Source: Candidatus Jorgensenbacteria bacterium CG03_land_8_20_14_0_80_38_39 (GTDB lineage Bacteria > Patescibacteriota > Minisyncoccia > UBA6257 > GWB1-50-10). From it: DNA of 46,013 nt. The stretch spans positions 1 to 46,013 of the forward strand of contig PEUU01000025.1 in NCBI GenBank assembly GCA_002781185.1. The letters are read 5' to 3'. The notes under the pieces are model-generated. The model made no database searches. It was not told where the DNA came from and saw only the letters and a program-made list of their open reading frames with translations. The translations under genes were made by a program, and so were the position numbers. Below are positions 26,684 to 35,414 of the stretch, piece by piece (positions within the stretch are counted from its first letter, which is position 1; the number at the start of each line of letters is the position of its first letter).

Positions 26684-28012
26684 TTATGATTCTTTTTGAG
26701 TTATTTCCCGGCTGGGGATTAAACTATAATCTAGGGGTAAAGTGAAATAAACAGTTGTTCCGCGGCCCAAAATTGATTCAATGCCGATTTGGCCGCCATG
26801 TTGGTCAATAATATTTTTGGTTATATAAAGACCCAAGCCGCTGCCGTTGGGATTTACAGAAATGATGTTGGAGCCGCGGAAAAATTTTTGGAAAATATTT
26901 TTTAGTTCCTCGGGAGCAATGCCAAAGCCGGTATCTTCAACATTAACTTTAACAAAAGGCTGGTCCCTGATTTTTTCAATAGTAATAGTTAAACGGCCGT
27001 TTTCAGTATTATATTTAATGGCATTATCAATAATATTTGCCAAAGCCATGCCTAATTTTTGTTGGTCTATTTTTACTTTTATCGGCAGAGTCGGTTTTTC
27101 AAAGTAAACATTAAGACCGCGTTCTTTAGCTAAAGGCAGGGCTTCTCCTAAAATTATTTGGATAAAATTAATTAAATCAACTTCTTCAAATTGATAACCG
27201 AAGCGTCCTTCTTCCATTTGGGCGACATTCAACAAATCGTTAACAATTTTTAAAGCTCGAGTAGAAGCCTGAAAACCTTTCTGGACACTTTCTTTTAAGT
27301 CCGGTTTGTCCGACACATCTTTGATTAAATTTTCAAAAGTCCAATTAATGGCTGTAAGCGGCGTCCGCAATTGATGGGCAGCGACACTAACAAATTCGCT
27401 TTTTGAACGCAGGGCTGCCTTTTCTCGGGTTTGGTCATGAATGACTTTGATGAAATTTAAAGCCCGACCGTTTTTATCCAAAATGCGGCTTAAGGTGGTT
27501 TTTAATTCTAAAAGAGGATTTTCAAAATTTAAAATAACAACTTGCGGCCAGGAGTCGGTTTCGGAAATTTGTCTCAAGGAAGGCGCTAAAGAAGGGAAAA
27601 TAGTTTGAGCTAAAATGCGGAAACGGTTGTTTTTAGCTAAACTCGGCTCAATTTTTTTGCCAAGCATTTCTTCGGCTGTCAATTGAAAGATTTTTTCCGC
27701 CGCCGGATTAAATGTTTTTAAGTAAAAATCCGGGTCATAAATAACTATTCCATCTTGAAAATTCTGAATAATTGTCTGTAAAACTTGACCACTTAATTCT
27801 TTTTCCGGTTTTGATTGAACGCCCTTAAAACTATTGAAAATAGTCATCAAGGTTAAGACCATTAAAATCGGCAAGCTGATGCCAATTATTATTGGCGGTA
27901 AGTAAAAAATATCAATGATTAAAAGGACGGCAATTAAAACTATAAAAAGAATCAAAAAAACGATTGACGGCTCGCGGCCGAAAGGGTTATTTTTCCGTTT
28001 TAAAAGAGACAT
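26684..28012 (-). CDS. Membrane PAS sensor histidine kinase
   Basis: 2 TM, FNPAAE PAS, AAHQLRTPL, NAIKY, DTGFG, GSGLGL; start uncertain (28012 or 28042). Confidence 0.93.
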   Translation of the reverse strand: MSLLKRKNNPFGREPSIVFLILFIVLIAVLLIIDIFYLPPIIIGISLPILMVLTLMTIFNSFKGVQSKPEKELSGQVLQTIIQNFQDGIVIYDPDFYLKTFNPAAEKIFQLTAEEMLGKKIEPSLAKNNRFRILAQTIFPSLAPSLRQISETDSWPQVVILNFENPLLELKTTLSRILDKNGRALNFIKVIHDQTREKAALRSKSEFVSVAAHQLRTPLTAINWTFENLIKDVSDKPDLKESVQKGFQASTRALKIVNDLLNVAQMEEGRFGYQFEEVDLINFIQIILGEALPLAKERGLNVYFEKPTLPIKVKIDQQKLGMALANIIDNAIKYNTENGRLTITIEKIRDQPFVKVNVEDTGFGIAPEELKNIFQKFFRGSNIISVNPNGSGLGLYITKNIIDQHGGQIGIESILGRGTTVYFTLPLDYSLIPSREITQKES

Positions 28013-28023
28013 TGATTTAAATT

Positions 28024-30495
28024 TTATTCCATTTCTCCCCAATTTTTTCCTTGTTCAGTTTCAATTTGGAGCGGAATAGATAAAGGGAAAATTTCTTCCA
28101 TTGTTTTTTTAATATGGAGTTTTGCAATTTCCAGCATATCATCTTTAATTTCAAACAGCAATTCATCATGAAGAGATAAAACCATTTTAACCTTATTTTC
28201 CCATTTCTTTTCTTGGACGTCTTTAAAAATTTTAATCATGCTCATTTTTAGGATATCAGCCCCTAAGCTTTGAATGGGCATATTAATAGCCGCCCTTTCC
28301 ATTTCTGATTGAATGCGGGGAAGGGTAGAAATAATGTCCCAAAACCACCGCCGCCGGCCGTTAAGATTTTTGATATAACCAAAAGTTCTAACCTCGGCTT
28401 TGATTTTTTCCTGCCAAATTTTAATTTTAGGAAAATGGCGGAAGTATTCTTCAATAAACTTTTTAGCCTCGGCTTCGTTTAAACCAGCGGCTTGGGCAAA
28501 AGATTTAGCGCCAATGCCGTAAATAATTCCAAAATTAAGGGTTTTACCCAATCGCCTGAGAGAGTCGGTAATTTGTTCCGGCGGCAAATGAAGCACCTCG
28601 GAAGCAGTTACTTGATGGATGTCCTGGTTTTGTTTAAAAACCTCTTTTAATTTATCGTCTTCCGACAATTCGGCTAAAAGCCGCAGTTCCAGTTGGGAAT
28701 AGTCAAAAGAAACTAAGTGCCACCCTTTTTCAGCTTCAAAAGTTTCTCTTAAGAATTTTGCCCAAACTGACTCTTGAGGAATGCTTTGAAGATTGGGTTT
28801 TTCCGAACTGAGACGGCCGGTGGAAGTGCCTGTTTGCAAAAAATGGGTATGCAGCCGGCCATCCTTGCCCAAAAGTTTTAAAATTGGTTCAACGTAGGTA
28901 TTTTTTATTTTTGTTGCCTCTCGATATTTTAAAATTAAATCAACCAAAGGATATCCATTTTTAAGTTGGTTTAAAATTGCTTCAGCCGTAGAAAAAAAGC
29001 CGCTGGCGGTTTTTCTACTTTTGGGGAATTGAATTTTTAATTTTTCATACAAAATTTGGCTTAATTGTTTGGGCGAATTAAGGTTAAAAACCAGGCCTGT
29101 TTCTTGATAAATTTTTTGGACCAAGGATTTTGATTCCAGAAGAAGCTTTTGGCGCAGTTTTTTTAATTTTATTTGATTAATATGAACGCCTCTTTCTTCT
29201 AAAGAAAGAAGAATCTTAATTAAAGGCATTTCCACTTCCCTAAAAACATAATTTAAACCGTAACTTTCTAATTTTTGGTTTAAGAAAAAATAAAGTTCTT
29301 TTAAAATTGACCCCCTTTCGCTTTCTTGGAAATTTTTTTGCAAAAAGCGTTGGTAGAGGATATCCAGGGAATAATTTTCTTGTCCCGAGTCAATAAGCCA
29401 AGCGGCTATTTTTAAATCAAACAAAGGTTCCCTAACCTCCACCTTGGCTTTTTTTAGTTCTTCCAAAAGTTTATGCCAGTCAAAAGCAATTTTTAGCCAG
29501 TTGCCGGCAAGTTTCTTTTTTAAATTTAAAGCCGTTTCCAAGTCAGAAATAATTAAAATTTGGTTTGTTTCAATTATGTCCATTGGCGCCGGCTTTGGGG
29601 ATTTTGTTTGAAAAAGAGTTTGGTTAGGCAGGGGCTGATTGATTATTCTTTTAATTAAACTTTGAAATCCCAAGAGGCCGAAATATTTGACAACCTTTTC
29701 TAGGGGCAAGCCCGGATAATCCAAAGTTTTAAGATTAATTTTAAGAGGCACTTTATCGGAGAGGACGGCTAGTTTTTTAGAAAAAAGGGCTTTTTCTTTT
29801 TGAGGAAGAATTTTTTTAGCCAAAGAATCCGCGGGGTTAATTTTTAAAAAAACATTTTCTAAGTTTTTGTATTGAGAAAGAAGCCGGCTGGCGGTTTTGG
29901 GCCCAATGCCGGAAATTCCCGGAAGGTTATCCGAAGGGTCGCCAACCAAGCCTTTGTAGTCATTAAGTTGATGAGGTTTTAAACTAAAGCGTTCAACAAC
30001 CGCCTTTTCGTTATAAGTAAATGTTTCGCTTACCCCTTTTTTAAGGAATTGAACAACCACTTTGTCTTTTTCCACTAACTGAAGAGCATCAAGATCGCCG
30101 GTTAAAATGACTATTTTGAGGTCAGGAGTTTTTTTGAATTTTTTGGCTAAAGTGGCAATAACGTCATCGGCTTCAAAGCCGGCTTTTTCAAAAGTCCTGA
30201 TGCCGAATTTTTCAAAAAGTTCGTGAGCTTTAATAATTTGGCTGATTAATTCCTTAGCCGCGGGGAGCCGGTGGGCTTTGTAACCTTCAAACATTTCTTT
30301 GCGGAAGGTTGTTTCCGGTCGGTCAAAAGCCGCGGCCAGGTAATCGGGTTTTTGTTCTTTGATGATTTTTATTAAAATGCTTGCCAGTCCGTAAAGAGCA
30401 TTAACCATTTCCCCTTGCGGCGAGGTTAAAGCCGGCAGGGCGTGGAAAGCGCGGTGAATTAAGCCGTTGGCGTCAATAAGAAGAAGAGTTTTCAT
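28024..30495 (-). CDS. polA: DNA polymerase I
   Basis: LIDANG.IHRAFH, EADD, GDPSDN, TGRLSS..PNLQ, DYSQLELR, NFGIIYG, HDEL. Confidence 0.98.
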   Translation of the reverse strand: MKTLLLIDANGLIHRAFHALPALTSPQGEMVNALYGLASILIKIIKEQKPDYLAAAFDRPETTFRKEMFEGYKAHRLPAAKELISQIIKAHELFEKFGIRTFEKAGFEADDVIATLAKKFKKTPDLKIVILTGDLDALQLVEKDKVVVQFLKKGVSETFTYNEKAVVERFSLKPHQLNDYKGLVGDPSDNLPGISGIGPKTASRLLSQYKNLENVFLKINPADSLAKKILPQKEKALFSKKLAVLSDKVPLKINLKTLDYPGLPLEKVVKYFGLLGFQSLIKRIINQPLPNQTLFQTKSPKPAPMDIIETNQILIISDLETALNLKKKLAGNWLKIAFDWHKLLEELKKAKVEVREPLFDLKIAAWLIDSGQENYSLDILYQRFLQKNFQESERGSILKELYFFLNQKLESYGLNYVFREVEMPLIKILLSLEERGVHINQIKLKKLRQKLLLESKSLVQKIYQETGLVFNLNSPKQLSQILYEKLKIQFPKSRKTASGFFSTAEAILNQLKNGYPLVDLILKYREATKIKNTYVEPILKLLGKDGRLHTHFLQTGTSTGRLSSEKPNLQSIPQESVWAKFLRETFEAEKGWHLVSFDYSQLELRLLAELSEDDKLKEVFKQNQDIHQVTASEVLHLPPEQITDSLRRLGKTLNFGIIYGIGAKSFAQAAGLNEAEAKKFIEEYFRHFPKIKIWQEKIKAEVRTFGYIKNLNGRRRWFWDIISTLPRIQSEMERAAINMPIQSLGADILKMSMIKIFKDVQEKKWENKVKMVLSLHDELLFEIKDDMLEIAKLHIKKTMEEIFPLSIPLQIETEQGKNWGEME

Positions 30496-30500
30496 AAAAA

Positions 30501-30962
30501 TTATTTATTTTTTGTTTTGATAAGAATAAGACGTTGATTGATTTCTTTTCCGTGCTGAAAAGTGAGCCAAATGGCATTTTTGGGCAGTAAATTTTTGATT
30601 TTTTCCGCCCATTCAATAAGAACAATGTTTTGGGGATTTTTAATAATTTTATCAAATTCCAAAATTTTTAAGTCTTTTCGGGAACTTGAACGATAAAAGT
30701 CAAAATGATAAAGATAGCATTTTTGAGAAGCAGAAAAAAATTTTCTCATGATGAGAAACGTCGGACTGGTAATTCTTTTTTTAATGCCGAAGCTTTTGAT
30801 AAAACCGCGGATAAAAGTTGTTTTGCCGGACCCCAATTCGCCCATCAAACCCAAGACCAAAGCTCCTTGAGAGCGAGGTTTTTTTTCTAAAATAGTTTGG
30901 ACAAAAAGGCGGGCAATTTTTTGAGTGGATTGCCAAGAAGAACTTTTTAATTTAAAACTCAT
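30501..30962 (-). CDS. tsaE: t6A biosynthesis ATPase TsaE
   Basis: GELGSGKTTF, SPTF, HFDFYR, IEWA. Confidence 0.96.
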   Translation of the reverse strand: MSFKLKSSSWQSTQKIARLFVQTILEKKPRSQGALVLGLMGELGSGKTTFIRGFIKSFGIKKRITSPTFLIMRKFFSASQKCYLYHFDFYRSSSRKDLKILEFDKIIKNPQNIVLIEWAEKIKNLLPKNAIWLTFQHGKEINQRLILIKTKNK

Positions 30963-30966
30963 TGAT

Positions 30967-31953
30967 TTAAATTAAAGCCGAGCAACGGTTAATTTTTAAA
31001 TGTTCGTAAGCCAGAGGAGTGGCTAAACGGCCGGCCGGCGTTCTTTTAAGCATTCCTAAACTCATTAAAAACGGTTCGTAAACTTCTTCAATAGTTTCAA
31101 TTTCTTCGTTTAAGGCCGCTCCTAAAGTTTTTAAACCCACTGGCCCGCCGTTGAACTTTTTTATCAAAACTTCCAAAAAATAGCGGTCGGTTTTTTCCAA
31201 ACCTTTTTCGTCAATTTCCAATAAGGTCAAAGTTTCTTGAACGGCTTTTTCATCAATAATTGACCGGCTATTTACCTGGATGTAATCGCGGCAGCGTTTT
31301 AATAAACGGTTGGCCACGCGGGGCGTAAAACGCGAGGATTGGGCCAATTTTTTGGCCGCCTTTTCAGTAATTTCCGCTTTTAAAATTTTAGCCGATCGCC
31401 TAATTATTTTTTCCAAATCCGAAGGATTGTAATAGTCAAGCTTAAAAGTGCCGCCAAAGCGGGAACGTAAAGGAGAAGAAAGTAAATTGATTTTGGTTGT
31501 CGCCGCAATTAAAGTGAAAGAGGCTAAATCTAGAGAAATGGTTCGCGCCGACGGTCCTTTGCCGATAATCAAATGCAGTTTTTGGGTTTCCATGGCCGGA
31601 TAAAGGGATTCCTCAATGGTTTTGTTAATTCGGTGAGCTTCATCAATAAAAAGGATTTCAAAGGGTTCCAAATTGCTTAAAATGGCGGCTAAATCGCCAG
31701 TTTTTTCCAAAGCCGGACCAGCTGTCGTTTTAATGTTGGCTTTCATTTCTTTGGCAATCAAGTAAGCTAGAGTGGTTTTACCCAAACCAGCTTGGCCGTA
31801 AAGCAACAGATGGTCGCAGGTTTCGTTTCTTTGTTTAGCGGCATCAATAATTAAACGCAAATTGCGTTTGACGTTTTCTTGGCCGACATAATCGTCCCAG
31901 CATTTCGGCCTGAGCATTGATTCTAAATTTTGGTCCTCAAGTTTTTTTTCCAT
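30967..31953 (-). CDS. ruvB: Holliday junction helicase RuvB
   Basis: LRP..YVGQ, GQAGLGKTT, FIDEAHR, LYPAME, TPRVANRLL, EPFL; likely ATG at 31953. Confidence 0.97.
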   Translation of the reverse strand: MEKKLEDQNLESMLRPKCWDDYVGQENVKRNLRLIIDAAKQRNETCDHLLLYGQAGLGKTTLAYLIAKEMKANIKTTAGPALEKTGDLAAILSNLEPFEILFIDEAHRINKTIEESLYPAMETQKLHLIIGKGPSARTISLDLASFTLIAATTKINLLSSPLRSRFGGTFKLDYYNPSDLEKIIRRSAKILKAEITEKAAKKLAQSSRFTPRVANRLLKRCRDYIQVNSRSIIDEKAVQETLTLLEIDEKGLEKTDRYFLEVLIKKFNGGPVGLKTLGAALNEEIETIEEVYEPFLMSLGMLKRTPAGRLATPLAYEHLKINRCSALI

Positions 31954-31972
31954 TTTTGAAATTTGAAAGGCG

Positions 31973-32001
31973 TTGACAAACGTCATTAAATATGCTAAAC
32001 T
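31973..32001 (+). promoter_or_regulatory. Sigma70 promoter pointing into the non-coding structured region
   Basis: TTGACA-17-TAAACT with TGn extension. Confidence 0.6.
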
Positions 32002-32033
32002 ACTTACAGTTAATTATAAATAAAGAATGGCTT

Positions 32034-32177
32034 TAATTAAAGACCTGGGGGTAAAGGATTTATTCTTAGTCTTAGGATGATTTGGCTTTGGCTGAATCTC
32101 TCCTCGGAATAATCCTGTTTTTCTGAGCTTTCGGAAATTTTTCAAGCCTCCATGGCTTGCCCCCAGATCTTTGATTA
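32034..32177 (+). ncRNA. Candidate structured ncRNA, family unassigned
   Basis: Closing stem TAATTAAAGACCTGGGGG / CCCCCAGATCTTTGATTA encloses three hairpins; G.U pairs favour the + strand; promoter upstream. Confidence 0.5.
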
Positions 32178-33842
32178 TGACCATTCAAGGGGACCGGTTA
32201 ATCTTTCTACCTCAGCCAAAGAAGTTATGCCCTGCAGCGCTTTTAGCAAGCTGTCTTCCTGCATTGTTACCATTTCTTGTTTTTTGGCGGCGGCTTTTAA
32301 ATCAATTTCTGTTGGGTTTTGGTAAATTAACTCTTCCATTTTTTGGTTAATGACAAAAAGTTCAAAAATGGAAGTTCGGCCTTTATAACCAAAGCCGCCG
32401 CATTGGTCGCAGCCCCGAGGTTCATAAATTTTAAAATTTTCTAGAGGTTTTTTATCAACGCGGCTGGGCAAATTTTTAATAAAGTTTTTAATTTTTTCGT
32501 TTAGAGATTGGTCAATCCTTTTTTCAACTTTGCAGACCGGGCAAAGGAGCCGAATTAATCTTTGGGCAATAACCAAACTTAAGGCCGGACCCAAAATTTG
32601 ACTTTTAACGCCTAAATCTATTAAACGCGGAATCGCGCCGACAGCATCGTTGGTATGAAGAGTGGAAAAAACCGTGTGGCCGGTTAAAGAAGCGTTCATG
32701 GCAATTTCCGCTGTTTCTTTGTCTCTGATTTCGCCCACCAAAACCACATCCGGGTCTTGGCGCAAAATTGACCTGAGACCGCTGGCAAAAGTATAGCCGG
32801 CGCCCGGGTCAACTTGGGTTTGAGAAATTCCAGACAAATGATATTCTACCGGGTCTTCAATGGTGATAATTTTGATTTCCGGTTTGAAAATAAACTTTAA
32901 AAAAGCGTAAAGAGTGGTTGTTTTGCCCGAACCGGTCGGCCCGGTATTTAAAATTAAACCATTGGGTTTTTTAATTTCTTTTTTGACAATTTCCAAATCG
33001 TCGGTCCGCCAGCCCAATTCTTCCAAATTAACTTTTAAAGATTCTGGGTCCAGAATTCTTAAAACCACTGTTTCGCCCCATTCCGAGGGAATAACCGAAG
33101 CTCTGATTTCAATTTCCCGACTAGTTGTTTTGATGGTAAAACGTCCGTCTTGAGGTTGGTCGTGAATGTTAAGTTTTAAATTGGAAAGAAGCTTAAGGCG
33201 AGAAATAAGGGACTGGTAAGTTTTTAGAGGAAGTTTTTCATAAGCCGAATGAAGCAAGCCGTCAATTCTTAACCGCAGGAGGCCTTTTTCTTCAGTTGGC
33301 TCTAGATGAATATCCGAGGCTTTCAAAGATAAAGAGCCGGCTAAAATAATTTCTAAAATTTGGGAAGTTAATTTGCTTTTGGATTCGTCAATCGTTTGGT
33401 TTAGAGCCGTTAAAGTTTTAATATTTTCCTGAAAGGTTTTGAGTCTTTGAGGTTCAATATCAACTTGACCGCTAATTTCTTTCCCCTCTTCAACCGCGTA
33501 TTGGTAATAATTCCAAACCGCTTTGAGACCGGAAAGGGAAGTAATAAAAATATGGAGATTATATTTTTGTTTTAAGCGAATAATTAGTTTTTGGGTTTCA
33601 GTATTTTGAGGATCAAAAGCCGCCAAAACTAAATCGTTTTTGATTGCTTGAAGCCCGGCGGCTAAACTTTTTTTAGCTTCTTCTTCGGGAATAAGGGTTA
33701 GGGCTTTAATTTCAATCGGCGTTTTGCCGCCGACCGGGTTTAAATAAGGCAAATGGAGTTTAGCTGCTCGGCGTTGGGCGTCTTGCTCTTCAGCTTTGCG
33801 CCGCTGTTTTGTTAGTTCTTCTCCTAAGTTAAAATCAGCCAT
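32175..33842 (-). CDS. pilB: Type IV pilus assembly ATPase (PilB/GspE family)
   Basis: ASDIHLEP, PQDGRF, GPTGSGKTTT, IEDPVEY, LRQDPD, GEIRD, STLHTN, CxxC..CxxC, GYKGR. Confidence 0.9.
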   Translation of the reverse strand: MADFNLGEELTKQRRKAEEQDAQRRAAKLHLPYLNPVGGKTPIEIKALTLIPEEEAKKSLAAGLQAIKNDLVLAAFDPQNTETQKLIIRLKQKYNLHIFITSLSGLKAVWNYYQYAVEEGKEISGQVDIEPQRLKTFQENIKTLTALNQTIDESKSKLTSQILEIILAGSLSLKASDIHLEPTEEKGLLRLRIDGLLHSAYEKLPLKTYQSLISRLKLLSNLKLNIHDQPQDGRFTIKTTSREIEIRASVIPSEWGETVVLRILDPESLKVNLEELGWRTDDLEIVKKEIKKPNGLILNTGPTGSGKTTTLYAFLKFIFKPEIKIITIEDPVEYHLSGISQTQVDPGAGYTFASGLRSILRQDPDVVLVGEIRDKETAEIAMNASLTGHTVFSTLHTNDAVGAIPRLIDLGVKSQILGPALSLVIAQRLIRLLCPVCKVEKRIDQSLNEKIKNFIKNLPSRVDKKPLENFKIYEPRGCDQCGGFGYKGRTSIFELFVINQKMEELIYQNPTEIDLKAAAKKQEMVTMQEDSLLKALQGITSLAEVERLTGPLEWS

Positions 33843-34020
33843 TTATTTTAAAATAGCGGTTTTTTCTCTGATTGACAAGACCTTAGAGGTTGAATTCAAG
33901 AAGCTAACGCAACAAGATTTAATGCGCGGTTGTATCTAATAACAACACGATCGTAGTCTTATTAGATATTAAAATTACAAAGATAAACTTGCCTAGATAT
34001 TTTAAAGTTTTTTATTCTCC

Positions 34021-34049
34021 TTGACTTCTGTTTGTTGATTTGGTATAAT
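34021..34049 (+). promoter_or_regulatory. Sigma70 promoter of the orphan lipoprotein gene
   Basis: TTGACT-17-TATAAT with TGG extension; SD AGGAGGG before the ATG. Confidence 0.75.
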
Positions 34050-34102
34050 GTGGTTAGTTAACGAACCTTGAAAATTTGGTATAAGAATAGGAGGGATTTG
34101 CC

Positions 34103-35053
34103 ATGAAAGCGCTTTTTGGTTGTTTGCTTGTCTTGGTTTTGTTCAGCAGTGGTTGTTACACTGTAACAATCCCAAGTGAAGGTGAAACTTATGAATCTTA
34201 TGATTCAACAGTTTTACAAGTTTCACAATCTGCAATCCAGTTAGGGTTTTGGTGTTGCCCAAGTTACTGGAGTTACCAGTACCCTTACTATGGCTATGCT
34301 CGGGGGTATTGGTGGAACGGCTGGCCAGGGGGTTCATATCCTCTGTATAGAGGATATGGATACGCTAATGGCTGGCTCTGGCATAATGGTTGGCCAGTGG
34401 CTTGGAGTGGCTACGGTTACGGCTACGGTTACGGCTACGGATATCCTTATGCCTATGGATCTGTCCTGAGCGGAGCGAATGGATGGGGCGATTGGGATAA
34501 CCAGAACTGGTTTGACCAAAGTCGCTGGCGAACAAGAAATTTCGGCGCCACTCGCGGTAGCGGCTTAAGAGGAACTGATCGTGCTAGCGCAGGAAGCGGC
34601 AGTTCTTTTACTGGAGAGCGAGCTTCTCGCCCGGGTTCAACTCGGAGCGGTTTTTCTAGCCCAAGTTGGGGTAGGACTAGAGAGCGAGCACGAGCAGTTG
34701 AAGTGGCTAAGTCATCGCGACCTTCAAGGACAGAAACTACTAGAACTTCGCCTCATAGAGGTCGTAACGGCACGGTGCGTCAGCAGCCCGGTGCTCAGTC
34801 ACAGAAACCAGAAATCAGGTCACCTCAGAAGCCGCGGGATGAACGTAATCGCCAGCGGGATTACCGGAATTATTCTCCGAGTCATTCCTCCGGTGACAGT
34901 CGTTCAACTAGCGGCCATCCAGCTTATTCTCCGCCGAGCTATCCCCGTTCTTCAAGCGGGCGCCCAAGTTATTCACCGACACCGAGGAGTAATTCGGGTC
35001 GGAGCGCTCTCTCAACACCAAGAGGAAGTTTGGGCTTTACTCGCCGGCGATAA
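34103..35053 (+). CDS. Orphan low-complexity lipoprotein (Y/G/W-rich, then R/S-rich tail)
   Basis: Signal peptide with lipobox-like SSGC, GY repeats, disordered tail; SD, promoter and terminator present. Confidence 0.75.
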   Translation: MKALFGCLLVLVLFSSGCYTVTIPSEGETYESYDSTVLQVSQSAIQLGFWCCPSYWSYQYPYYGYARGYWWNGWPGGSYPLYRGYGYANGWLWHNGWPVAWSGYGYGYGYGYGYPYAYGSVLSGANGWGDWDNQNWFDQSRWRTRNFGATRGSGLRGTDRASAGSGSSFTGERASRPGSTRSGFSSPSWGRTRERARAVEVAKSSRPSRTETTRTSPHRGRNGTVRQQPGAQSQKPEIRSPQKPRDERNRQRDYRNYSPSHSSGDSRSTSGHPAYSPPSYPRSSSGRPSYSPTPRSNSGRSALSTPRGSLGFTRRR

Positions 35054-35060
35054 TGTTTTT

Positions 35061-35107
35061 ACTCCGTTGTTTGAGTTTCGACTCGGCAACGGAGTTTTTA
35101 TTTTTTC
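35061..35107 (+). terminator. Intrinsic terminator
   Basis: ACTCCGTTG...TTCG...CAACGGAGT followed by a T-tract. Confidence 0.8.
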
Positions 35108-35144
35108 TTTTGCCCGCTTAGTTTAAAGTGATTTAGATAAAATT

Positions 35145-35367
35145 TTTAGATAGATTAGATAGATTAGATAGACAGCAAAAAAACAAAGAAAAAATCTTAT
35201 CCTCAATCTTGTATCATATGATACAAGATTGAGGACAGTCATTTTTATCTTATTTTACTCTATCGTCTATTCTATTTTGTTCTTCCACTGTGGTTGAACT
35301 ATTTTATTTTACTCTTTCATTTTTCAATTGGACTATTCTATTTATTCTTCCATTGTGGTTGGACTAT
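35145..35367. repeat. Repeat complex: (TTAGATAGA)x3, a 36-bp perfect palindrome and about 32-bp degenerate tandem units
   Basis: TCCTCAATCTTGTATCAT|ATGATACAAGATTGAGGA (35200-35235); units begin at 35267, 35299 and 35333. Confidence 0.8.
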
Positions 35368-35414
35368 GAAGAAAATAACTTGGCTTTTTTCAAAGAAATC
35401 ATTAGAATAAAGCA

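Noticed and set aside
32027..32080. 17-aa ORF MALIKDLGVKDLFLVLG
   Set aside because: Too short, no SD, and embedded in strong RNA structure; it cannot be supported.
35267..35367. CRISPR array
   Set aside because: Only two imperfect copies, the spacer resembles the repeat, and there are no cas genes in the window.
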